The translations under genes and the position numbers were made by a program. Shown here in pieces: positions 11,594-23,600 of a DNA stretch of 64,000 bases. The stretch is from Basidiobolus meristosporus CBS 931.73 (lineage: Eukaryota; Fungi; Basidiobolomycota), in assembly GCA_002104905.1 (NCBI GenBank), contig MCFE01000395.1:1-64000 (forward strand). Direction: 5' to 3'. Position 1 is the stretch's first letter, and every line of letters begins with the position of its first letter. The notes under the pieces are model-generated. The model saw only the letters and a list, made by a program, of their open reading frames with translations, ran no database searches and was not told the origin of the DNA.

Positions 11594-14500
11594 CTAAAGT
11601 TGAGAGGGTTCTCCTGAATCTCTTTTCTTGTGATACCAATATCTTGATGGTTCAGTATTATCAGCAAGTCTTGCAAGCTTGAGTCTGTCCCTATGCACTA
11701 AGTCTTCCCGGATATTACCTTGCTTGTCCACCAGTTGGTAAGTTGCAAATGGACATTCTCTGATGATCTTGAATGGTCCTGTCCATTGTGGCTCAAACTT
11801 CTTCCGAGTGTTGTTTCTTAGCAATACAAAGTTCCCAACTGTCAATGCTTCTGGTGCTATAGTCTTATCAAATCTCTGCTTCATCTTTTCTGCACTTTGA
11901 GATACTTTGGTCTGTGCCTCTTGACGTCTTTGTTCCAGTTGCTGGTGTCTACTTGGCTGACTGAGTTCATCTTCTAAGGTGTCTGTAAGCTTTGGTTGTG
12001 TGAGATCTCCTGGAATCCTTGGTTCACATCCATAAACTAAGTAAAATGGTGATTGCTGGGTGGTGTTGTGTACTCTGACTCTGCATGCAAAGAGTGCTTG
12101 GTCTATATACTCGTCCCATCTACTGACAACTCCATTTGCATACTTGGTCAGCATTTTTCCAAATAATCCATTAAACCGCTCAGTGACTCCATTAGTTCTG
12201 GGGTGATATGCCGAGGTTTTCAAGTGTCTGATCTGCTGCATTTCCAGGTAAGCCTCTAATGTCTTTGCCATAAAGTTTGCACCTCTATCGGATAAGATCT
12301 CCACAGGGCATCCAAACTTCATCAGGATCTCATGGTAAATGAAACTTGCAACTTCTTGTTCACTGGCTATTGGTACAGCTTTAGCAACTGGCCATTTAGT
12401 GGCATGGTCAATTGCTACTAGGATCCAACGGTTGCATTTCCTGGTAGTTGGCAGTCTTCCAATAAAGTCAATTCCCCATCTCTCAAATGGTCTTACAGGC
12501 TCCAAAGGGAAGAGTTCGGCAATTCTTTGTGGCTGGCCTTGATTGATTTGGCAGTTTGGGCATGTTTTTACTAGCTTCTCAATGTCTTGTTTCATTCTGG
12601 GCCACCATGCTCTGGCTTTTACAAGGCTATAGGTTCCTTCAATCCCAAGATGTCCATATCCATTGTGTAGCTTATGTATTAAATCCAGGCGAGCAACATA
12701 AGGACAATAGGCAATAGGGCTTCCATCAACAATTCGGTAGAGTGTTTCATCCTGTACAACAAATTTGCTGGCTTCATCCCGGATTATCTTCTTGATATCT
12801 TCATCCACCTCATTAGGGATGGCTTGGTCCTCCAAGTACTTTGGTAATAGGCTAGGCCAATCTGATTCATGCACCAAGTTGAGTTGTGCAACTTGATCTA
12901 ATCTTGATAAGGCATCAGCAACCGTGTTGTTTTTTCCAGGGCAGTAGACAATCTCCAGGTCAAATTGCTGAATGTATTCACTCCATCTTGTCATTCTTCT
13001 AGAGAGTACCTTCTGAGTAAATATATACTTGAGGGAGGCATGATCAGTCTTCACAGTGCATTTGACTCCTTCAATATAGCATCTCCATGTCTTCAAACAG
13101 TGTATTATAGCAAGCATCTCCTTCTCATGGACTGGATAGTTTTGTTCTGCTGAGTTCAGTTTCTTGGATTCAAAGGCAACAGGGTAGTCCTTTCCCTCGT
13201 GTTCTTGGCTCAGCACTCCACCAATTGCATAATCTGAAGCATCTGTGCATAGAGTGAACTCTTTTCTGAAGTCTGGTATTCTTAAGCTTGGCAACTTAGC
13301 AAGTTCATTCTTTAGCGTCTGGAAGGCAGTCTCACAAGCTATGTCCCACTTGTAGGTATTGTCTTTCTTGAGGATATCAGTTAAAGGGGCTGCAATACTT
13401 GTAAATGACTTGACAAATCTCCGATAATAGGAAACCATTCCAAGGAAGGATCTGAGTTCTGATATGCTATGGGGCTGCTTCAAATTCTTGATTACTTCCA
13501 CCTTCTTGGGGTCTAAGGTTACTCCTGTGCTAGTCACTATGTGTCCCAGATATTCTACGTGTTCCTTGAAGAATTCACACTTGGCTAGCTTGCCGTATAG
13601 CTTGTTCTCTCTTAGTTTCTTCAAGGCCTTTTCAATGTGCACCATGTGATCCTTTTCTGTCTTGCTGTATATCAATATGTCATCCAGGTAGATTATCACA
13701 AACTTGTCTAAGTACTCCTGAAAGACAGTCTGCATCAGCGTCATGAATGTTGCAGGGGCATTAGTGAGGCCAAAACTCATGACTAAGTACTTGTAATGTC
13801 CATATCTGGTCCTGAATGCTGTCTTAGGGATATCTTCTGGTTTCACCCTAATCTGGTTGTATCCTGACATGAGGTCGATCTTGCTGAAAATAGTGGCTCC
13901 ATTAAGTTGGTCCAAAAGCTCATCAATCCGAGGTATGGGGTACTTATTCTTGACGGTAACTGAGTTCAGGGCTCTGTAGTCAATGCACATCCTAAGTGTT
14001 CCATCCTTCTTTTTCACAAAAAGCACTGGTGCTCCCCAAGGTGACTTGCTGGGCCTGATGTATCCTTGCTCCAATAGCTGATCAATTTGTTTCTTCATTT
14101 CCTCCAATTCCAATGGACTCATTCTGTAAGGTGTCTTGCTCACTGGAGGGCTATCTCCTGTGTCAATGGCATGATCCACATCTCTGACTGGTGGTAGGCT
14201 TGCAAGCTCATCTGGAAACACGTCTGAATATTTCTTCAAGAGAGTCTGGACCTGCTGGGGTGCTGGGATAGAGGAATCCTCCTGTAATACCGCCATGAGG
14301 AACATCTGGGTACCTTTTCTAAGTGCTCTACAGAACTGGGTCTTGCTAAGTTCACTTGTCTCACACACACTGGAATTGACCAAGTTGAAATCCAGCCTGG
14401 CAGGTAATAGCTCATAGGTCTTGTTGTCTTTTTGGATCTGAGTAGCATGGGTTCTCCAGTTGATTGATGGATTACGACAAAATAGCCAGGTTTTCCCAAG

Positions 14501-15571
14501 TACAAGGTCAAACTTGCAGCTCCCAAATATATAAGCCTGTAGGTCTTCTTCATAATCATTGATCTTGGCAGGTACTCCATTGATTGCTCCATTCAGGTAC
14601 AATAACTTCCCTGAGTCTGAAGTCATTTGGGACAAGTACTCTTCTGTCATATGGAAGGTGAGTTCCGAGTCTTCTTCAAGCTCATCTTCCTCATTATTGT
14701 GTTCATGGGACTCAATATGGTTGAAGGTTCTTGTTGGCTGGTGTCCATTTCTTCTCTGAGGGCAGTACTTTGCAATATGTCCCTGCTGGTGGCAATTGAA
14801 GCAAAGTCCTCTCTTCTTGCATTCTTCTGAGGAGGGATTCTTCTGCATAGCGTCTATTTCCATTGGTACTGCTTCTGATTGTCTTCTTTCATAATGATTA
14901 TAGCCTTTCTGACTAGTCACTGTAGGCTTCCCAACTCCAAACATAGCTGAGTCATAGTCAATGGCAATCTTGATGGCTTCTTCAATAGTCTGAGGTCTTC
15001 GGTAATTGACTTCCTTGCGAGTTCTTTCTTTCAACCCATCAATAAAGTATTCAACTTGATCCAAGGGGTCCATTCTTTCAATTTGTCCAAGTAGACATCT
15101 GTACTCATAGATGTATTCTTGCACCATTCCTTTCTGTCTGAGTGTCTTTAACTTCCTTCTTAGTAGTGTCTGCTGGTGTGGAGGTTCAAAAGCATCCTGA
15201 ATTTCCAACACAAACTCATCCCAGGTAGAGATTGTAGAGCATCCCATCATAGTAGCTGACCTGATCTTGTTGTGGTACCACTGTAAAGCTGCATCTGCCA
15301 GGTAAGAAGCTGCATAATGCAACTTGCTCTCTGGAGCAATTCCTTTAGCTTTAAAAGCTTCTTCAATCTGAAAGAGCCAAGTTCCCAGGTTTTCATTGAC
15401 TCTGCCATGGTACCGGTTGACCTTCACACTAAAGTTGCTCTTGACAGGGCTTTGCTGGCTCTGAGCCATGGTAGTCATTCCTTGTTGCTGTTGGCTGAGG
15501 ATCTGGAGTAGCTGTTGCTGTTGGGCAAGGATTTGCTGCATGGCATTCTTCCATTCTTGATTGTCCGACAT
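11594..15571 (-). CDS. gag-pol: Single-frame Gag-Pol, 1325 aa, lacking 52 aa of the aspartic protease; no chromodomain
   Basis: [14 protein letters not shown]; [16 protein letters not shown]; [21 protein letters not shown]; HNGYGH..CPNC; IDFIG/SDRG/TERFN; WTGPF. The IDSG motif seen in sister copies is absent. Confidence 0.95.
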   Translation of the reverse strand: MSDNQEWKNAMQQILAQQQQLLQILSQQQQGMTTMAQSQQSPVKSNFSVKVNRYHGRVNENLGTWLFQIEEAFKAKGIAPESKLHYAASYLADAALQWYHNKIRSATMMGCSTISTWDEFVLEIQDAFEPPHQQTLLRRKLKTLRQKGMVQEYIYEYRCLLGQIERMDPLDQVEYFIDGLKERTRKEVNYRRPQTIEEAIKIAIDYDSAMFGVGKPTVTSQKGYNHYERRQSEAVPMEIDAMQKNPSSEECKKRGLCFNCHQQGHIAKYCPQRRNGHQPTRTFNHIESHEHNNEEDELEEDSELTFHMTEEYLSQMTSDSGKLLYLNGAINGVPAKINDYEEDLQAYIFGSCKFDLVLGKTWLFCRNPSINWRTHATQIQKDNKTYELLPARLDFNLVNSSVCETSELSKTQFCRALRKGTQMFLMAVLQEDSSIPAPQQVQTLLKKYSDVFPDELASLPPVRDVDHAIDTGDSPPVSKTPYRMSPLELEEMKKQIDQLLEQGYIRPSKSPWGAPVLFVKKKDGTLRMCIDYRALNSVTVKNKYPIPRIDELLDQLNGATIFSKIDLMSGYNQIRVKPEDIPKTAFRTRYGHYKYLVMSFGLTNAPATFMTLMQTVFQEYLDKFVIIYLDDILIYSKTEKDHMVHIEKALKKLRENKLYGKLAKCEFFKEHVEYLGHIVTSTGVTLDPKKVEVIKNLKQPHSISELRSFLGMVSYYRRFVKSFTSIAAPLTDILKKDNTYKWDIACETAFQTLKNELAKLPSLRIPDFRKEFTLCTDASDYAIGGVLSQEHEGKDYPVAFESKKLNSAEQNYPVHEKEMLAIIHCLKTWRCYIEGVKCTVKTDHASLKYIFTQKVLSRRMTRWSEYIQQFDLEIVYCPGKNNTVADALSRLDQVAQLNLVHESDWPSLLPKYLEDQAIPNEVDEDIKKIIRDEASKFVVQDETLYRIVDGSPIAYCPYVARLDLIHKLHNGYGHLGIEGTYSLVKARAWWPRMKQDIEKLVKTCPNCQINQGQPQRIAELFPLEPVRPFERWGIDFIGRLPTTRKCNRWILVAIDHATKWPVAKAVPIASEQEVASFIYHEILMKFGCPVEILSDRGANFMAKTLEAYLEMQQIRHLKTSAYHPRTNGVTERFNGLFGKMLTKYANGVVSRWDEYIDQALFACRVRVHNTTQQSPFYLVYGCEPRIPGDLTQPKLTDTLEDELSQPSRHQQLEQRRQEAQTKVSQSAEKMKQRFDKTIAPEALTVGNFVLLRNNTRKKFEPQWTGPFKIIRECPFATYQLVDKQGNIREDLVHRDRLKLARLADNTEPSRYWYHKKRDSGEPSQL

Positions 15572-15629
15572 CTTGAGGGTGGTTTCTTCTTTCTTCAGGA
15601 GGGAGGTTTCTGGTTATCACTGCTACCAA

Positions 15630-15997
15630 TGTTACAAGTCTTGGTATAAGAGTTGTAGAGGAATAGGGAGTTTAGCTAGTATTGTATTCACTAAAACTTG
15701 AACTGATTTTTATTGAGGTTCCAGCAGCTCCTTATATACATTTTGCCAGATCAATTGCTGACTAATTGTATTTCCTAATGTAGGTTGTGGCTGATGACTC
15801 ATTTGATTGCATCATCATCACCCAATAAGATCCTACTTAATATATCTATTTCTGTCTGATAAGGATCTGCTGATTCATTTGCTGACTAATGCTACTGATT
15901 TCATAGATAATACTGATGTACTGATAACCTAAACATATACTAACTGATTTGACTAAAAACTGATCTAACTTAAACATTCAAGCGGCAGATCATAACA
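15630..15997 (-). repeat. Gypsy-A1 5' LTR
   Basis: Next to the PBS. Confidence 0.97.
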
Positions 15998-16109
15998 CAG
16001 GTACAGGTAGGTGCCCTTATAGAAGTATCAAGTGGTCAGCAAGATAATATCAGTACAGTAGTGACTGATGTATTTGTCAAATATGACTTGTGAGGCAAGA
16101 TATTGTCCA

Positions 16110-16800
16110 TAATCCTTGAGATACTTAATGCAACAATCAGGTGCAATGGACCACATAAATCAGGAAATAGTCAAGAGACAGGATGAAAAGATTATATCTG
16201 TAGAGCAATCAATATACAAGGTAGTGAGTGCAGTATCTCTGCTGCAAAGCAGGAACTCAAGTACCTTAATGTATCAGCAAAGAATGGGGCCATTGCCAAT
16301 GTTACAGTAGTAGAGCACTGTAAAGTCTTTGAAGCATATTCAAAGTGTTAATCAAAAAAGCCCACTAACAAATCTATTACTGCATAAGAGGGAGTTAGTT
16401 GTATTTATACCAAAGCCTAAAGATCAGAATACACTGAAGATCAATCAAGCTGTGGAGAACATTGACCAAGATTAACGTAATTGCTAAAAGGCTGTAAGAA
16501 GTCTAGCATGCTATTACCTTGAGTCCAGCACACCATAGAGATATCAGGAACTTAAGGTCAAGCAGAATGTGTGGGACCCATTCTATGAGCATTACCCTGG
16601 ATTCAAATTTTATCAACATACTTTGTGCTATTATTAATATGCTAGGAAATTAACTCAAGATTAGCAGAAGCTATGAAAGCAGAAGGGTGCCGTGGCTAGT
16701 AACCAGCTGCTTCCTTAAGAGCCTGTCAAAAGGTGGGACAAAAGCTCCAAGAAGCAGTAGAGAAACATAAAATAGGAAATATTGCTGATAAGGGACTTAC
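16110..16800 (+). pseudogene. CACTA-associated ORF2 remnant (copy 2)
   Basis: 16110-16500 aligns to the reverse complement of 34670-34810 plus 29100-29362 (NQEIV..DE.II..EQS; SPL.NL..H; VFIPK.K.Q.TLKI). Confidence 0.65.
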
Positions 16801-16829
16801 AGGCACTCACAGATGCACCAAAAAAGCCA

Positions 16830-17105
16830 CCAAGAATGCTATTGACTATGACTCAGCTATGTTTGGAGCTAGAGAGACTGCAGTGACTGATCAGAGAAGC
16901 TACAACCACTTTGAAAGAAGACAATCAGAAGCAGTGCCAGTGGAAATAGATGCTTTGCCAAAGAATCTCACCTCAGAGGAATATAAGCAGAAAGGAACTT
17001 GCTTCAACTGCCATCATCATGGGTACATCTCACAATATTGGCCTCATAGAAGAAATGGACTTCAGTCAGCAAGAGCATTTGGCCATACTGAAGCCCAAGA
17101 ACAAA
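16830..17105 (+). pseudogene. Isolated Gypsy-A gag C-terminal fragment
   Basis: [32 protein letters not shown]; the knuckle is decayed and no LTR flanks it. Confidence 0.85.
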
Positions 17106-17400
17106 GTAATCAAATATCTCATTTTGCTCATTGAGCAGGTATGTCCCTGATCCAATCAATTGGACAAGGTGTCATAGCTAGCACGCAACCATTTGGGTAG
17201 GTGCAAAACAGATCAAATGGCTGCACTGGTGTTACAGATGACATATACTTATGCAGGGCACTTATTAATAGGGGTTCTGTCTCAAATGTGAGACAACCTG
17301 GATATTACTAGTATCAAAAACTTAGTGATCATTGACATGAAATGGCTTGATTTAGATTGCAAAAAAATGAGTTACTTGGATCATGACAAATAAGAGCAAT

Positions 17401-17997
17401 TCAATGCAATACATCATCTTCTTCTAAGTATATTCTCACAGGGATTACTACTAAAGCATTTGGTAGTGATTCACTATGCACTCCTAAACTACTTCCTGGT
17501 TGACTATCATCTTGGCTACTTTTGTATTTGTAGTCAGTGTTTTGCCTCCTAGTTGATGAGTGCAATGCTGCAGCTGAGTTGCTCTTGATTGCTCTGGATG
17601 ATACTACTGAACCAGCCTGCAGTGCTACATGCTGATGTGTTCTTTTACATGCCAAAGGCTCTGGTGGTGGAGGCACTTCATATGGGTCATCATCACTCAG
17701 TTCACCAGAAGTAAGTTGCTGATGGTCAGGAGTAACAGCACATGCAGGTGTAACTTGATGTGTTGGCATGACCCTTGGCTGAGTTTGAAGTGATGCTGCA
17801 TGTTGACGCAACTTAGCCTGCTCCAATGGACTTATGTCTAAATGAGCAGTTTGGTGAGTTTTGGTGGTTTTGCTCTGAAGTGCATGTGTTGACCTGATGT
17901 GGGACATTCTTGTGAAGGGCATTGATGTAGTTTGGACTGATGAGCACTGGCATGCTGAAGCTGTGATGGTAAGAAATCCAGCAAGGCATGCTGGCAC
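17401..17997 (-). other. Low-complexity ORF of unknown function; possibly the diverged continuation of ORF2 copy 3
   Basis: 198-aa S/Q/P-rich ORF; SPLEQAKLRQH resembles ORF2 SPLENLSQH. Confidence 0.3.
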
Positions 17998-19016
17998 AAT
18001 CTGGTCTCTGTTGCTTGCGGTCTGTATTCTTCCCCTTGAAATTCACCTTCTGATTCCTCAAGGTATTCATTTACCCTCTGTCTGATACTTTGGAACTGTT
18101 GCCTGGATGATTCCTATGTATATTGACCTTGGTAGCCACTTAGCTCTACTAATATATCATGTAGTATATTAGTCATTTGAGGCAAAAACGTATTCAAAAT
18201 CTCTTTGGTTCCCAAAGTTCAGTGACAAACAGATGCATTCAGCCTGTACTGAGCAAACTATGTGCAAAATTGTTCTTTTGTGGCTTCCTCATCAAATCCC
18301 CTCACTCTCAGCTCATTCTTGATTCCAATATTTGTCTTGTTATATATCTTCTTACATATATATGCTGGCATATTGATGCAGAGCTCATGCTGCAGCTCTC
18401 TACTCAGATTCTTCCATCTCTGTCAACTCTCTGAAGTATCTAGTTCTGCCAGATTAATAAGTAGTGCCCAAATATCTGTACAAGGACTCATCAGAGACAA
18501 TTGGGCACTACTAAAATCATTTGGCAAGAACTCAAACAGATCCAACATCAACTATTCAAGTCTGAACCACACTTGTGAGCTGGTGGATGGATTTTGTCTG
18601 CGTTGTACTAAAATGAGCTGAGACTTGGTATAGGGACCATAGTGATGGACTTGGATACTTATACAATAGTGTATTGACAAAAGCCTGGCCATATATGAAA
18701 TAAATATGAAAACAACTGTGATAGTTAAACTTTCCATATATTATGCACAATGCATCTTGGACTGCATTAACATGGATCAGATCACATCAATTGCAGATTT
18801 CCTATTTGATTATAGACTTGCAAGGAAAGCATTGACAGAAATATCAAGTCATTCTTTGTGGATAATTCTTGCAACTTAACAATGGGATACATGGCAATTA
18901 ATGGAGAATTCATCATAAAGAATGGAAAAGCAAATAAATAAAGCTGATTGTGCCAAATTGATTTGTATCACCTCAGGCCAGTCACCTTCTAGTTATAATA
19001 TGACTTACTCATCTGA

Positions 19017-19780
19017 ATGGTTTTTCTCATCCATTCTGTCACTACCACTAGACTTCCTTTTGACACATTAGAGGAGATCTATACCAAGTGCTGTGGACCA
19101 TCTACCCTAATCTACTCAAGGAGATCCCTTGTTAAGCTTCTCTACTATTACAGGAACTATTGCTCTACAAGGCTTCATCCCCCCATACATGGCAACAAAA
19201 GTCCTAGAAGCTTTCATTCACTGCTGAGAGCAATGGAGAGCCACCTTGCAGAGGGTATGAATGACTTAGAGCAAGCTTGAAATACTAGGTTCAGAAACCC
19301 CAATAGACTTCCATATTCCATAGTGTTCAGCAACAGGTTCCATATCAAGAATATTTTGGACACCATCCCAGTTAAGATTAAGAGGACTTCTAGAGGGCAG
19401 ATGCACTTTTATTCTGGCAAGTACAAGGCACACTGTGTGAAGTTTCAAGCACTGTCTGACATTGAGGGTACCATCATCTGGTTTAGTGGGCCATTTGCCA
19501 GAAGCAGGCACAACAAAGCACTCTGGTTAGAGAATCTTCCAGAGTTCAGTAGAGGGGAGAAATGAATGGCAGACTTACCATTATAGGAGACAATTGTCAG
19601 AGATTAGGTTGTGATACAGCTTATAGGAAGCTAAGGAATGGTGTGCTTAGCAGGAAGCTGAAGCACTACAATGAGATATTTAATCATTTCAGAGTGAGGG
19701 TAGCACATACACTTGGATATCTGAAGAGATTCAGCATATTGGCAGGTGAATACAGAGGAAACTCAAATATAGGAGAAAGC
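19017..19780 (+). pseudogene. ISL2EU/PIF-Harbinger-type (DDE_Tnp_4-like) transposase remnant
   Basis: ILDTIPVKIKR..QMHFYSGKYKAHCVKFQ..G.I.W.SG....HN; IIGDN; YN.IF..FRVRVAHTLGYLKRFSIL. One stop, one frameshift, and the catalytic E has become A. Confidence 0.75.
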
Positions 19781-20021
19781 AGCAGAAAAGGTAAAATAGT
19801 TTACATAATTATTAATGTACAGTATATTCATATAAGTAGACACTCACGAGAGAAATGTGTTAGGAGCATTATCAAGAGTAAATATAGCACAAAAAACACT
19901 ATTCTGAGCAACATAAGTAAGATTGAGTAAGATTACCAGTAAATATATTCTACCACTGGAACTATGGTAGAAATTATAGTTCCAGATAATGCCATAGAGT
20001 GCTGGATCAATCTGGCACTAT

Positions 20022-20064
20022 AAACAGGCTGGCACTATGTGGCACTATTCAACAGAACAAGTCT
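20022..20064 (+). repeat. Right TIR of the ISL2EU-like element with TGGCACTAT subterminal repeats
   Basis: ...TGGCACTATTCAACAGAACAAGTCT|AT is nearly identical to the MITE end at 61573-61597. Confidence 0.75.
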
Positions 20065-20066
20065 AT

Positions 20067-20509
20067 TGTATCTGCTCATCATGTTACTAGACTATTTGCT
20101 GATATCTCCAGGCCATTGCATTTATTCAATTAACCACTGCACCTTATTGCCCTGTTAATATTTTGGTATAAGTCAATAACATATATGCTAGTATGGGTGG
20201 CAATGATGTTATGACAGCCACTAGCAGGACTTCAGCCAAAGGTACTGTGATTGCTACATTCTCATCTGCCTGAGCATGATCATGAGCCTGCAACTGTGCA
20301 GAGACTTCTGTTTGCCTACTTGTATAAGAGCCTAGGAAGTCTGGAGTATTACCTTCATTGGGCATGCTGTCAACATGCCTTTTTTAGAACGTAGCCTGGC
20401 TTGTTACACTGAATGTCAAAGCAAGCTGTTATTGTACCGTTCTTTGGCTGCTGTTATCCATGTTGCTTGGCTGGGAGCAAGATGTGTTTGCTTTATTTTT
20501 TGGTGGCAT
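20067..20509 (-). pseudogene. CACTA ORF2 N-terminus (copy 3), start MPPKNKA
   Basis: Homologous to 34700-35158 (MPPKSRA...QLALTFS...HVDS.P.EGN...QADENV). Confidence 0.65.
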
Positions 20510-20624
20510 ATTTATAGCAATAGTCAAATCAAAGGGGAAATAGTGATATTTTTACACATATATGTGATGCCACAGCTTGATACACAATACTCTCTATGGG
20601 AGGTCTTTATTGACTCTTGCATTC

Positions 20625-23600
20625 ATGTGGGTGCAATGTCCCAAATGCAAGACTATCTTAAGCTCACATGAGTATTGATATAAAGAAATATAATGATGTT
20701 ACATTGTTGAGTGTCAAACTGTTTGCCCCATGGAGATGACTACTTTGATTCAATGCTGTAAGTGAAGAGAAAAGAGACCATGTGACTATTGTAACAAGCC
20801 ACTCAGACATGAAGTACACAGACAGCATAGGAAATATTAAAATGGTCATGGACAGTGTTTTGCCACACAAGTTATGCTTGACCATTCATCAGTTGCTACT
20901 GTACCAACAATAACTGGCTGGCCATTTGGTATTTCTATGATGGCACCTAGCTGTATTGTTGCCTTTCACAAGCTGAGCCAGGTGACTTTGTGACACCTCT
21001 AGGCTCACCTCAGCCTTCTGAATATGGCACACAGTGTAATAGTTCTCAGGAAGCAGGCTCACTGGTGAATTGTGAGCTTATCTTCCCTATCAACTGCACC
21101 TGGTATGAGCCTGGCAATATTCCAATTTGCAATGAGGCACCACTGATTGAAAATAATGCCAAGAACACTTTGTAGAGCCAAATATGCCCAGTAATCCACC
21201 TATGGTTGAATCATGTGTTATAGTGGCTAGATAAGTGGTGTGATTTACAAATATCAGTAAGGGGTCCTTCCATGATGTAACCTGCCACGTACATAATACA
21301 AATGGACCACTGTCATGCACCTGGCAATATATGACCCAGAGATATTCCTAATACAACCATGTGTTATCAGTTGCATGGCATTTACATCAGGAAATGCCAC
21401 AATTGCAAGGTGTCTCACCTGTCAGGAATCCACTACTATAGGAGGATTGCATTGTTTACACTTCAGATATATTTCAGTAATACCCCATCTTAAGAAGCCC
21501 ATGCAGTCCAACAGATGTAGTGAAGCTATAAAGTACTGCACTCAGCATCAATCAAGTGAAAATATTTTTGATATAGATGATAACAAACATTGCCAACAGC
21601 TAAGAAGCCAGGGTTACCTTGAAAGTATATATGACCACACCTTTGCCTTTGCATTTGATGGATTTACATTAAACAAATACTCTACCAGTTAATCCTCCTG
21701 GCCATTGATTCTCATTAACCTGAATCTGACAGCTATCAAATGATATCAGAGCAGAGATCTGGTGCTAGTCTCACAGGGTTTGGGGCCTAAATTACTGTCT
21801 AACCTGGGCAGCTAGTAGTATCCATTGCTGGATGCATCTGTTGCAATTTAAGAAGTGATTTGGATATAAGGTACTTATCAAGAAATAGTGATAATAGTTG
21901 AACTGTTGTTTATTCACAAAGAAGCTCAGTATTTATACCTTTGTAGAAGTAATACAGCTGCAACACTAAGTAGGGAGGGTTTCTCAATATTCAGGAGCAT
22001 TCTGTAACAGTTTCAGGGTTAGTACATAATGTTTGGTAATAGTGCTAATTTGATCCTGACTATAGGGGAATAATCATAAGATCATATATCTGGAGAAAGT
22101 GGCAAAGTTAAGGCAGTAAATGAGTCCTACAGTGACTAAGACTAGCCTAGAATTGTTAAATAAATTTTTAGCTGCTGAATGATACCAAATAGTCCAATGT
22201 TTCAACACTCCCCCTCAACTAAATAAATTCTTTGCAATATCTGGGCGTGTAGACACCATCAAGTACATTAAGCTACCAACCATTGATTGATAGGGAAAGT
22301 TTTGGTCCATATATGAGCTGTTTTCATCTATAACTGGCTGAGATTTGCTTAATGTCAGGTTATTGTACATAGGGGTTACTGTAGGTTTGCAATTTTCCAT
22401 TTTGAAGCGTCTAAGAATGTCCCTGATGCACTTAGACTAACTCAGCACAGTTTTCTGCATAGGTATGTCAAATTTGACCTCATTTCCAAGAAAATAGCTC
22501 AATTTTCCAAGATCTTTCATCTCAAACTTGCTGAAGAGATCTGATTTTGTCTGTTTAAGTGCCTCTTGATCACTTGTAGCTATAATTAGGTCGTCCACAT
22601 AAGGAACTAGGATGATCACACCCTTTTTGAGCTGTTTCACATATATACTGTGATCTGCAGTGCTACGAGCGAACCCAATTTCCTCTAGATATGTGTCAAT
22701 CTTGTTATACCATGCTCTGGGTGCCTGCTTAAGCCCATACAACGATTTTCTAAGTTTGCATACCTTATGGGGGCTTTTTGGATTGGTAAAACCTTCTTGT
22801 TGCTCCATATATATAGTTTCTTGCAAATCCCCATTTAGAAAGGCTGTTTTGACGTCCATTTGGTGTAGATCTAGGCTGTGAACAGCTGCCAGGGCTAGAA
22901 CTGTCCTAATAGAGTTAAACTTGGCAACCGGAGCAAATGTTTCCTTAAAGTCTAGTCCCTGGATCTGGGAATAGCCTTTAGCTACCAATCTAGCCTTGTA
23001 CTTATCAACGGCACCATTTGAGGTTATCTTGATCTTGTAGACCCATCTACATCCTATTGGCTTTCTCCCATTTGGTAAATCTACCAGTTCCCACGTTTTT
23101 GCCTTGATCAGTGATTGGTACTCCTCCTGCATGGCTTGTTGCCACTTAGTAGTATCTGGACCTTGCATTGCCTGTTCCAGATTCTGAGGTTTGGCACATA
23201 AGGCAAGATAAGCTTCTTCATGATCATTGGATGTCTGCCACCAGGATCCAGGGGCATTTCTTATTCTGATAGATCTCCTAACTGGGATAATCTGATCTGA
23301 TCTGGAACTGGTAGAAGTATCTTCCATCTCTGGCTGGATTTGGTACGTATCTTCTGCATTTGTGTTGATTGCATCATCAGGCAGCTGGCCAATGATTTTT
23401 GTGGCTTTCTGATCTGAATTCTCCTCAAATACAACGTCCCTGCTCTTGATCAGCTTCTGAATTTTGCCATCATACACTCTATACCCTTAAGTATCTTCAC
23501 AATACCCAAGAAAGATCCCTTTTCTACTCTTTGGTTCCAACTTTGAGCGTTTTTTGTCAGGGATGTGATAAAAAACATAAACGCCAAAGATCCTGAGGTG

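Larger units (their letters stand above)
11216..15997 (-). mobile_element. Gypsy-A1, youngest Ty3/gypsy element; identical LTRs; protease deleted
   Basis: LTRs 11216-11583 and 15630-15997 show no difference by eye. 4-bp TSD CAGG at 11212-11215 and 15998-16001. PPT complement TTCTCCCCT at 11584-11592. PBS TGGTAGCAG on the minus strand at ~15620-15628. Confidence 0.98.

Noticed and set aside
11594-11800. Chromodomain at the Gypsy-A integrase C-terminus
   Set aside because: The tail after GPF is short and lacks chromodomain residues.
16780-16810. IADKGLTG resembles a DDE transposase ADKGY motif
   Set aside because: It is isolated, with no other DDE motifs nearby.
18480-18700. GP..WTW segment resembling DUF4218
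   Set aside because: Too degenerate to support.
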